Shown here one piece after another: positions 34,113-41,781 of a stretch of 64,000 nucleotides of DNA. Each line of letters opens with the position of its first letter. Within the stretch, counting starts at the first letter, position 1. Source of the DNA: Clostridia bacterium (GTDB lineage: Bacteria > Bacillota > Clostridia > Oscillospirales > CAG-272); assembly GCA_024405755.1 (NCBI GenBank), contig JAKSOD010000002.1:83203-147202 (forward strand). The letters are read 5' to 3'. The position numbers and the translations under genes are program-made. The notes beneath the pieces were generated by a model. The model saw only the letters and a program-made list of their open reading frames with translations, had not been told where the DNA came from and ran no database searches.

Positions 34113-35081
34113 TTAACCTTTGATCACTTTCTGTTTACGCACGTCACTTCCCGTGAACACAAGGGGCAGATACTCCCCGATCACGCGGCTTGTGATACGC
34201 TCATTATACCTTTCCATAAACTCATTCTGCAAAAGGTTCGTACTGATTATCGTCGGACGTTCAAATATCCCTCGTGTATTTATCACGTTATAAAGGCAGC
34301 TCAGCGTAAACTGATTGCTCACCTCGGTTCCTAAATCGTCGATAATGAGCAGATCACAGTTCATATATCTTTCTCTTGCAAATCCGCTCTCTATCCCCGA
34401 ACTGTCATCAAAACGGTAAAGTTCAAAATCCGAAAGCATACCGATAGCACCGGTATATACCACGTCCCATCCTTTCTCGATCACCACCCTTGCTACGGCG
34501 GATGAAAGATGAGTTTTGCCGAGTCCCGTTCCTCCGAATAGGGCAAGATTCGGTGAAGACTTTGGTAAGAAATTCTCAGCGTACCCCTTCATTGTATTGA
34601 AAACGTACTTCATATTCATATATACACGCTCATTTGCGCGGTAATAATCAAGGTTGAAGTTGTCAAAAGTCTGAGTACGCATCAGTTTGGTAATACCAGA
34701 AGACTCATACCCCGCCAAAATCAGCTCACGTCTGAGACACTCACACATTTTGCCGTTAACGTACCCGCTGTCACCGCAGATATTGCAGTCATAATGAGGA
34801 TCGGAATAATCCGGGGGATACCCGTTGGCTTCAAGCAGAAGTGCACGTCGTTCATTGAGAGCATCAACGTCAGAGTGGATGGCGTCCACCGTCTCGTCAC
34901 TCTCATGAAGGGCGACAGCCATAAGACGCGGTCCCGTTGCGGCAAGTTTGCGATCGATCTCTTTCAGACCGTCGATCTTCCTCCACAATTCGGCACGTTT
35001 TACATCTGCTTCCTGCTCCGCTTTCAGGTGCTTCGTATTATAACTCTCACGGATCTTTCCGAGATCTTCTCTATACGGCAT
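34113..35081 (-). CDS. DnaC/DnaI-like replicative helicase loader ATPase
   Basis: 322 aa with a Cys-rich N-domain (YDCNICGDSGYVNGKMCEC), Walker A FGGTGLGKTHL and Walker B LLIIDDLG. Confidence 0.88.
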   Translation of the reverse strand: MPYREDLGKIRESYNTKHLKAEQEADVKRAELWRKIDGLKEIDRKLAATGPRLMAVALHESDETVDAIHSDVDALNERRALLLEANGYPPDYSDPHYDCNICGDSGYVNGKMCECLRRELILAGYESSGITKLMRTQTFDNFNLDYYRANERVYMNMKYVFNTMKGYAENFLPKSSPNLALFGGTGLGKTHLSSAVARVVIEKGWDVVYTGAIGMLSDFELYRFDDSSGIESGFARERYMNCDLLIIDDLGTEVSNQFTLSCLYNVINTRGIFERPTIISTNLLQNEFMERYNERITSRVIGEYLPLVFTGSDVRKQKVIKG

Positions 35082-35128
35082 ATTCTGACCGTTCCTTCCT
35101 GCGGATCACGGAAAAATCCGTATCCGGC

Positions 35129-36214
35129 TTATTTGCTGCGTTTTTTCTTGTCTTTTGCGGCATCAGCTGTATTTGACCTTACCACGTCCGGTGTGAAATC
35201 GCTGTCTTTATAACTCCGGCGCAGCGCTGCCGCAAAGAAATCGTCAACGTCAAAACTCTGTCCGGCTGCATTGATCTTTGCCGCCCGGTCAGTATTCAGC
35301 TTGCGTTCAACGTCCTCGTATGTAACAAGTCCTTCTGAATACCAGTTCCCGATTATTCCGTTTACGTAAGACGGATTTGCCGCACCCTTGGTGTCCACTG
35401 CAACCTCATAAGCACGGCGTATGACATCCATTCCGTAATTGTATTTCAGTATCCAACTCCGGAAATAACCGTTTTCTTTTGTGGTAATATGCCTGTCACC
35501 CATTTCGAAAAGGACACGGAGTTCGGGAAGAAGTTCATCCATGCGTTCGAGCTGCCGCAGGAAAGATTCCAATTCTTCCACTGTAACTATCCCGTCGTCG
35601 TGAAGTCTTACGGCTGTGGTCTCAACGTATCTTAACGTCGTTTTTCCCTGCCTTGCGCAATATGTGCACAGCAGCAGGACATATTCCGGTGACAAGCCCA
35701 ACTGATCCACAAGGGCAATCAGGTGCGACGTTTCCGACACACGGAACATCCTTCCGAGTATTCTCTCACAGTCGTCTATCATTTTACCAAGATCGGCGTT
35801 ATCTTCAACGATCTGTGATATTTCTTCCATTTTATATTCCGGAAGTTCCGATGAGGGGCGTTTTCCCTTTCCCGCCGCAGGTGCATCCTTTCCGGTTTCC
35901 TCTTTATCTGCTTTTTTTATCTTATCATTTTCTGCTTTGTCAACATCTGAGTTTTCTGACGGTTTTCCGATATCAATTACTCCCGCTCCCCGCCAGAATG
36001 CAAGTGCCGCGCGGACATCTTCCTCATCAGTACCGCAGATTTCAGCAATACCGTCAACTGTTGTTTCCTTCTGTCCGAGCACTGCGAGAAGAACGATTAT
36101 TTCCTCCTTTGACGCAAGCGGGAGTTTTTCCGCCGCGGCACCGGGTATAACCACCACGGATGACCCGTAATTCACCGTGACAGCAGTACTTTTTTTATTT
36201 TCTCCGGATGCCAC
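35129..36214 (-). CDS. DnaD/DnaB-domain replication initiation protein
   Basis: The C-terminal DnaD-like repeat (GYFRSWILKYNYGMDVIRRAYEVAV...YVNGIIGNWYSEGL) is paired with the downstream loader. Start set at GTG 36214, 6 nt after GGAGG and just past the rex stop. The ORF-track ATG at 36247 overlaps rex by 32 nt. Confidence 0.82.
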   Translation of the reverse strand: MASGENKKSTAVTVNYGSSVVVIPGAAAEKLPLASKEEIIVLLAVLGQKETTVDGIAEICGTDEEDVRAALAFWRGAGVIDIGKPSENSDVDKAENDKIKKADKEETGKDAPAAGKGKRPSSELPEYKMEEISQIVEDNADLGKMIDDCERILGRMFRVSETSHLIALVDQLGLSPEYVLLLCTYCARQGKTTLRYVETTAVRLHDDGIVTVEELESFLRQLERMDELLPELRVLFEMGDRHITTKENGYFRSWILKYNYGMDVIRRAYEVAVDTKGAANPSYVNGIIGNWYSEGLVTYEDVERKLNTDRAAKINAAGQSFDVDDFFAAALRRSYKDSDFTPDVVRSNTADAAKDKKKRSK

Positions 36215-36215
36215 G

Positions 36216-36902
36216 TCAATCCTCCGTTTTTGAATTTTCCGTGTCACCGAAAACTCCGTTGCTGCGCAGGCGGTAACAAAGTGTCATAAGTGAATCTCCG
36301 AGGTGAACATTTTCGACCAAGGTCTCTTCATTTTCCGTATTCAGTTCGGCACTTGTAAAGTTCCATATTCCGCGGACGCCTGCTTTTTCAAGAACAGTCA
36401 GTGCGCCCTCTGCCTGATCCTTAGGCAGAACGAGAATACCGATATCCACCTTGTGAACGCGGCAGAATGTTTCGAGATCTTTCATATGATAGACAGGAAT
36501 ATTTCCAACGGTATTCCCAACAATATCTTCCGAAATGTCAAACATTGCAACGGGAGTAACACCGCGGCGTTCAAACATCGGCGAACGCACAATGGCTCTG
36601 CCGAGGTTCCCTGCCCCGATTATCACGGCGCGGTAATTATCCTTGACACCGAGAAGTTCACAGATCTGATCATAAAGATGCTCTACATTATATCCGTATC
36701 CCTGCTGACCGAAGCCTCCGAAGCAGTTCAGATCCTGCCTGATCTGCGACGCGGTGACTTCCATCATACGCGCGAGTTCCGCGGAACTCACACGGGTGAT
36801 CCCCTGTTCAATAAGTCCTCTCAGATATCTGAAATACCGTGGAAGGCGTCTGATAACCGCCACGGAAATTTTCTTTTCGTTTTCTTCGTAATGATAGTTC
36901 AT
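36216..36902 (-). CDS. rex: redox-sensing transcriptional repressor Rex
   Basis: 228 aa with the RRLPRYFRYL winged-helix motif and Rossmann GAGNLGRAI. Confidence 0.94.
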   Translation of the reverse strand: MNYHYEENEKKISVAVIRRLPRYFRYLRGLIEQGITRVSSAELARMMEVTASQIRQDLNCFGGFGQQGYGYNVEHLYDQICELLGVKDNYRAVIIGAGNLGRAIVRSPMFERRGVTPVAMFDISEDIVGNTVGNIPVYHMKDLETFCRVHKVDIGILVLPKDQAEGALTVLEKAGVRGIWNFTSAELNTENEETLVENVHLGDSLMTLCYRLRSNGVFGDTENSKTED

Positions 36903-37013
36903 TTTTTAAACCATCCTTGATAATTATCGTCTTTTTTGATTTGCCGCGGGCAGCGTGCTCAGTACCTCGCCCATTGCGTAAAATACACTTAAATTGTTAA
37001 GGTATTCGTGTAT

Positions 37014-38033
37014 TCAGTCACAAGCGGAAGCATTGAGGTATGTGTCGGCAATATTTCCCGCAAGAAGTTCATATACTCCCTGCGCCGCAACCATTGCGGC
37101 ATTATCACCGCAAAGATCTCTCGGCGGTACGACAAGTTTGGCTCCGTTTGCGCGGCAGACCTCGTCAAGCCTTGCTCTCAGATGTGAATTTGCCGCAACT
37201 CCTCCGGCAAGTACGACTCTGCGGCATCCGGAACGTTCAAGTGCCGCCGGTACTTTTTTTGTTACCGCACTGACAACTGCTTCCGTAAAGGCTGATGCAA
37301 ACAGTGCCCTGTCAACGTCTTCGCCTTTTTGTTTTTGAGAATTAAGATAATTCAATGCTGCGGTTTTAAGTCCGCTGAATGAAAAATCAAGATTATCACC
37401 GGAAAGCGCGGGAGACGGCAGCGAAACACATTTTTTCCCTCCGCGTTCATCGCCCTCCTTGGCAAGTTTATCCATTGCCGCACCTCCGGGATATGGAAGT
37501 CCTATGACTCTGCCGATCTTGTCAAAAGCTTCACCGGCTGCGTCATCACGCGTCCCGCCGAGTTCCTCGTAATGGGTATAGTCATGAACAAGATAAAATG
37601 AAGTGTGTCCACCAGACACAACGAGAGCGAGAAACGGCGGTTTCAGTTCCGGATCCGTCAAATATGCCGCCGCAGTATGTGCATGAACGTGATTTACGGG
37701 CAGCAATGGAAGTTTATTTGAAAAAGCAAAAGCCTTGGCAAAGTTGACACCGACAAGCAAAGCTCCGATAAGTCCGGGGTGAGATGTGACAGCAACACCG
37801 TCAAGTTTGGCAGGTGACACGCCGGCGTCTCTGAGTGCTTCACCGACCACTCTGCTTACTGCCTCAATGTGCGCGCGTCCGGCTATTTCCGGCACAACAC
37901 CGCCGTAGAGCCTGTGGGTCTCTACCTGCGACGCTACCACATTTGACAAAGCGGTCAGTTTCCCATCCCCGTCCTGCCGTACAACGGCAGCGGAAGTCTC
38001 GTCACAGGAGGATTCAATTCCGAGAATCAGCAT
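37014..38033 (-). CDS. tsaD: tRNA N6-adenosine threonylcarbamoyltransferase TsaD
   Basis: 339 aa. MLILGIESSCDETSAAVV and the VNHVHAH metal site show colinear Kae1/TsaD-like sequence. Confidence 0.96.
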   Translation of the reverse strand: MLILGIESSCDETSAAVVRQDGDGKLTALSNVVASQVETHRLYGGVVPEIAGRAHIEAVSRVVGEALRDAGVSPAKLDGVAVTSHPGLIGALLVGVNFAKAFAFSNKLPLLPVNHVHAHTAAAYLTDPELKPPFLALVVSGGHTSFYLVHDYTHYEELGGTRDDAAGEAFDKIGRVIGLPYPGGAAMDKLAKEGDERGGKKCVSLPSPALSGDNLDFSFSGLKTAALNYLNSQKQKGEDVDRALFASAFTEAVVSAVTKKVPAALERSGCRRVVLAGGVAANSHLRARLDEVCRANGAKLVVPPRDLCGDNAAMVAAQGVYELLAGNIADTYLNASACD

Positions 38034-38108
38034 TATAAATAACGACCTTATCTGTGATTATCTGTAAAATAATTCAGGTATTTCAACGGAAAACCGGTAT
38101 TTGACCGA

Positions 38109-38573
38109 TTATCCGATTATTTTCGACATAATAACGGCATCTTCTGCGGGAAAACGGTAGAAATGCCGGCGGATGCCCTCATCGGTGTACCCGAGTTTCC
38201 GGTAAAGCGATTTTGCCGCTTCATTTGACTCGCGTACGTCAAGAAATACTCTGCGCACTCCGCGTGCGGACAATTCCTTTTCGAGTTTTCTCATCACCGC
38301 TTCGGCGCATCCCCTGCGGCGCATATCACGGCGCGTAGCAACGTTAAGTATCTCTGCTTCATCAATAACGTATTCGGCACCGCCGTATGCCGCAAGGCAG
38401 CCGTCGCCCGTATTAACACAGGCGACGGCGTATGCGTTCGGAGATGTGTATAAATACTTCAGTGCCGCCTCTCCGCACGGCTCTGAAAAACATTCTTTTT
38501 CAATCATTACCGCTTCGGCGACATGTCCCTCGCCAAACGGCATCAGTTCATACGATCCGTCACGGATATTCAT
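38109..38573 (-). CDS. rimI: ribosomal-protein-alanine N-acetyltransferase (GNAT), RimI-like
   Basis: GNAT acetyl-CoA motif RRDMRRRGCAEAVM, located directly upstream of tsaD. The start is uncertain (ATG 38573 preferred; 38603 or 38660 possible). Confidence 0.8.
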   Translation of the reverse strand: MNIRDGSYELMPFGEGHVAEAVMIEKECFSEPCGEAALKYLYTSPNAYAVACVNTGDGCLAAYGGAEYVIDEAEILNVATRRDMRRRGCAEAVMRKLEKELSARGVRRVFLDVRESNEAAKSLYRKLGYTDEGIRRHFYRFPAEDAVIMSKIIG

Positions 38574-38589
38574 TTTCGGTCCGTCACGG

Positions 38590-39243
38590 TCAGTTCTCGT
38601 CATATGCGGAATGATAATTTTCGGAAATATACTGATCAAACATATTTCCCGCATCAACACAGACGTTGATACCGTTCATTTCATCACGGTAATTGATATA
38701 CACGGTATCTTCAGTGCATATCAGTTTCATGCAGAAATAAAGTGCGGGATACTTTTCGGACGTGAATCGGAGAACATAGAACTTTGTGGGAACATTGGGG
38801 TATTGCTCCATCTTACCCTCTGTGACGAGTTTCACTATTGTCTCGACCGATGCCGCTTCCGTTATCTCCGCAAATGACATGGAAACGTCGGAATTCGTAC
38901 AGAGCAGTACCGACGTGGGAGCGAAATCACGCAGATCCGTGCACGTCCACTCACCTGAGTAATAAACCTGACCGTATTCGTCGCAGATCCATTCCGCAGG
39001 ATCAAACCCCTCAATTGTATAGTAGTCCGTAGTAACCCCGTTCAATTTATGCGTCGCGTAAACTTCGTTGCTGATGGATTTCGGTTCGCAGTTCGGCACT
39101 ATGGTATATGTTATGCCGAGTTTACGGTCCGTGAGTTTACCTCCCTTGATCGTCAGCCGCTTTCCGCATGAAGTCAGCGCGGTAAGAAGCATAACGATGG
39201 TCAGGACAACACATAAGAGTCTGTATATTTTGTTGCTTTTCAT
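38590..39243 (-). CDS. hypothetical lipoprotein
   Basis: 217 aa with a signal peptide and lipobox MLLTALTSC|G. No recognisable domain. Confidence 0.7.
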   Translation of the reverse strand: MKSNKIYRLLCVVLTIVMLLTALTSCGKRLTIKGGKLTDRKLGITYTIVPNCEPKSISNEVYATHKLNGVTTDYYTIEGFDPAEWICDEYGQVYYSGEWTCTDLRDFAPTSVLLCTNSDVSMSFAEITEAASVETIVKLVTEGKMEQYPNVPTKFYVLRFTSEKYPALYFCMKLICTEDTVYINYRDEMNGINVCVDAGNMFDQYISENYHSAYDEN

Positions 39244-39294
39244 TATATTACCGAACCTTTTTGGTTTGTTTTACGATTTTGCCGACACGGCAGA

Positions 39295-39789
39295 TCAATA
39301 CCCGAGTTTCCCTCCCAGGCTGTCATCATCGTCGATCCAATCGGATACATTGATAACGCGGAAATTCTCTGCGTCGTCACGGACGATCACCTTGGTAATA
39401 CCGGAATTGATAACGAGTTTTTTGCACATCATGCAGCTCGTAGTCCCGGGCATGACTCTTCCGTCCTCGGGGGACGTGCAGCATAAATACAGAACAGCAC
39501 CGAGCATCTGATCCCGGGGTGCCGCGATTATGGCATTTGCTTCCGCGTGTACGGACCGGCACAGCTCATATCTTTCTCCGCGCGGAATTCCGAGCTTTTC
39601 GCGGTAGCAACTGTTCAGTTCGTTGCAATTCGCACGTCCTCTCGGTGCTCCGTTGTATCCGGTGGATACAATGGTATCGTTTTTGACAATAATGGCACCG
39701 AAACGGCGGCGCAGGCAGGTGCTACGTTCCGAAACCGTTTGGGCTATATCAAGATAATAATTCTCTTTTGATACCCTTGTGTTCGTCAT
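39295..39789 (-). CDS. comEB: dCMP deaminase (ComEB-type cytidine/deoxycytidylate deaminase)
   Basis: 164 aa with zinc motifs HAEANAI and TSCMMCKKLVINSGI. Confidence 0.9.
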   Translation of the reverse strand: MTNTRVSKENYYLDIAQTVSERSTCLRRRFGAIIVKNDTIVSTGYNGAPRGRANCNELNSCYREKLGIPRGERYELCRSVHAEANAIIAAPRDQMLGAVLYLCCTSPEDGRVMPGTTSCMMCKKLVINSGITKVIVRDDAENFRVINVSDWIDDDDSLGGKLGY

Positions 39790-39793
39790 TTTA

Positions 39794-40693
39794 TCACAGT
39801 GTTTTTACAAAATCTTTGAGGAAAGCACGGAAATCGTCGCCGATCTCGCCGTTTACGGCGGCACGCTTCACGTTGGCACACATAAGACCGAGTTTTGAGC
39901 CGAGATCAAATCTCTCTCCGTCATAGTCGAGAGCAGTAACACCTACGGAACGTGCAAGGGTTGCTATGGCGTCCGTAATCTGGATCTCATTTCCGGCACC
40001 TGGGGCAGTTACGTCGATAATGTCAAAAATCTCCGGAGGGAGAAGAACTCTGCCGAGAATGGAGAGATCTGAGAAAGCATCCTCGTCTCTCTGAGGCTTC
40101 TCAATCATATCATCAACAAAATACTCCGTCTCGCTGCCAGGAATAAGTTCAGCCTTCAAAGAGCAATATTTCTTTATCATTTCGTGAGGAACTTTCTTGA
40201 CGCCGCATACGGCTCTTCCGTAACGGTGATAACTGTCAATCAGTTGCGCGGTAACGGGTTTTGAATCGGAAAAAATGATGTCATCACCGTAAAGAACGGC
40301 AAACGGCTCGTTTCCGATAAAATTACGTGCACAGCCGATAGCATGTCCGAGTCCTTTTGTCTCTTTCTGACGCATAAAGTAAACACGAACTCCGCCGAAG
40401 TTTGCGCTTTCACGCATTTCCTCGATCATCTGGGGTTTGCCCTTTTTCACGAAGGAAGCCTCATACTCGGGAGAATAATCGAAGTAATCCTCCATAGCGT
40501 TCTTGTTTCTTCCGGTAATGATAAGAACTTCCGTGATCCCGCTTTGCGCACATTCTTCAACAAGGTAAGAAATGGCAGGTTTGTCAACTATGGGAAGCAT
40601 TTCTTTCGGGACTGCGCGGGAAATGGGAAGCATGCGGGTGCCGAGACCCGCAGCGGGAATAACGGCTTTTCTGATTACGGTGTTGTTATTCAT
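39794..40693 (-). CDS. galU: UTP--glucose-1-phosphate uridylyltransferase
   Basis: KAVIPAAGLGTRMLPISRAVPKEMLPIVDKP is the GalU signature. Start set at ATG 40693 with a GGAGG RBS. Confidence 0.94.
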   Translation of the reverse strand: MNNNTVIRKAVIPAAGLGTRMLPISRAVPKEMLPIVDKPAISYLVEECAQSGITEVLIITGRNKNAMEDYFDYSPEYEASFVKKGKPQMIEEMRESANFGGVRVYFMRQKETKGLGHAIGCARNFIGNEPFAVLYGDDIIFSDSKPVTAQLIDSYHRYGRAVCGVKKVPHEMIKKYCSLKAELIPGSETEYFVDDMIEKPQRDEDAFSDLSILGRVLLPPEIFDIIDVTAPGAGNEIQITDAIATLARSVGVTALDYDGERFDLGSKLGLMCANVKRAAVNGEIGDDFRAFLKDFVKTL

Positions 40694-40736
40694 TGATATG
40701 TACCTCCATAATAATCCCATTGTATGGTTATATATA

Positions 40737-40765
40737 ATTATAATAGAAGTAAAAAAATAAATCAA
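40737..40765 (-). promoter_or_regulatory. sigma-A-type promoter for galU
   Basis: On the minus strand: TTGATT (40765-40760), 17-nt spacer, TATAAT (40742-40737). Confidence 0.65.
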
Positions 40766-40796
40766 GACTTTTTTTAAAATTAGCTGACAATATATT

Positions 40797-40860
40797 AAAA
40801 AATACGCCGAACTGCGCAGACTTTCTTGTATAACGGAAGCCTGCCCACAGCGTCGGCGTA
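40797..40860 (-). terminator. intrinsic terminator after spoVT
   Basis: On the minus strand, tacgccga (40860-40853) / tcggcgta (40810-40803) form a stem with imperfect inner pairing, followed by TTTTTT (40802-40797). Confidence 0.55.
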
Positions 40861-40875
40861 TATTCAGAAGTCTGA

Positions 40876-41466
40876 TTATGCTTCCAACTGCTTGCCGAGG
40901 AATGCGGCGGCAGTCTGGATAAGTTTTGCCTCGACGCTCTGTCCGTGATCGAAACGGTCAGAGTATCCGGCAGCCGATCCTCCCTCCACGGGTGTCAGAG
41001 ACACAACGCAGCCGAGAATATCGCCCTCCGAAATTATCGGCATGGCACAACTGACAAAATATGACGATCCCTGTGCGCTTTCATCAGATCCAGCCACGGC
41101 AAACACTCTCTGTTCTCCCTCATGCCAGCAATAAAGATTCCTGCCTGCAACAATTTCTTCAAGTTCAGCGGAAAGATGTCTTTCGGAAAATTCCTTCTTC
41201 GGTACTCCCGCACAGGCGATAACGGCATCTCTGTCGCAGATGATCACGTTCAGATCTCCGGTCTTGTGAAGAGTCTCGGCATACTGGGCAGCAAAAGCGT
41301 TCAGTTCACCGATAGGTGAATATTTCTTGAAAATAACTTCCCCCTCGCGGTCGGTGTAGATTTCAAGAGGATCCCCCTCGCGGATCCGCATGGTGCGGCG
41401 GATCTCCTTGGGGATTACGACACGTCCGAGGTCGTCGATTCTTCTTACGATTCCTGTTGCTTTCAT
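40876..41466 (-). CDS. spoVT: stage V sporulation protein T (AbrB-family regulator)
   Basis: 196 aa. MKATGIVRRIDDLGRVVIPKEIRRTMRIREGDPLEIY is the SpoVT/AbrB swapped-hairpin N-domain, followed by a GAF-like C-domain. Confidence 0.94.
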   Translation of the reverse strand: MKATGIVRRIDDLGRVVIPKEIRRTMRIREGDPLEIYTDREGEVIFKKYSPIGELNAFAAQYAETLHKTGDLNVIICDRDAVIACAGVPKKEFSERHLSAELEEIVAGRNLYCWHEGEQRVFAVAGSDESAQGSSYFVSCAMPIISEGDILGCVVSLTPVEGGSAAGYSDRFDHGQSVEAKLIQTAAAFLGKQLEA

Positions 41467-41502
41467 TTATATAAATCTCCTTGTTTTTCTGCTTAAAGCC
41501 GC

Positions 41503-41522
41503 AAACCGGCACGTGCCGGTTT
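41503..41522. promoter_or_regulatory. perfect 20-nt palindrome in the spoVT 5' region
   Basis: AAACCGGCACGTGCCGGTTT is perfectly self-complementary and lies ~37-56 nt upstream of the spoVT ATG, between divergent genes. Confidence 0.5.
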
Positions 41523-41697
41523 CGATTGCTTCCTGCGTAAATAGTGTTTGCCGTTTGTGGGGATTTATACCGATTTTTCCGTACGGCTGCCTTTTGGAAT
41601 TGATTCCTTTATAGGAAAAAAATGAAAAAATTATTGTACTGTCCTTGTTAATTATGCTTAAAAAAACACCTTCGTGGGGGTATTTTCTTGACAAACA

Positions 41698-41726
41698 GCA
41701 GAATATGTGTTAAAATGGATTAATAA
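41698..41726 (+). promoter_or_regulatory. sigma-A promoter for the beta-helix lipoprotein gene
   Basis: TTGACA (41698-41703), 17-nt spacer, TGtTAAAAT (TAAAAT at 41721-41726). Confidence 0.75.
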
Positions 41727-41781
41727 AATTTATTTTTTCATTGCCGAATAAAAATACCGACAACGATTGTGGGAGGTCCAT

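Noticed and set aside
36994-37000. Rex-box-like half-site TTGTTAA upstream of rex (possible autoregulation)
   Set aside because: Only one half-site is present. The expected inverted partner TTAACAA four nt away is absent, so the match is likely chance.
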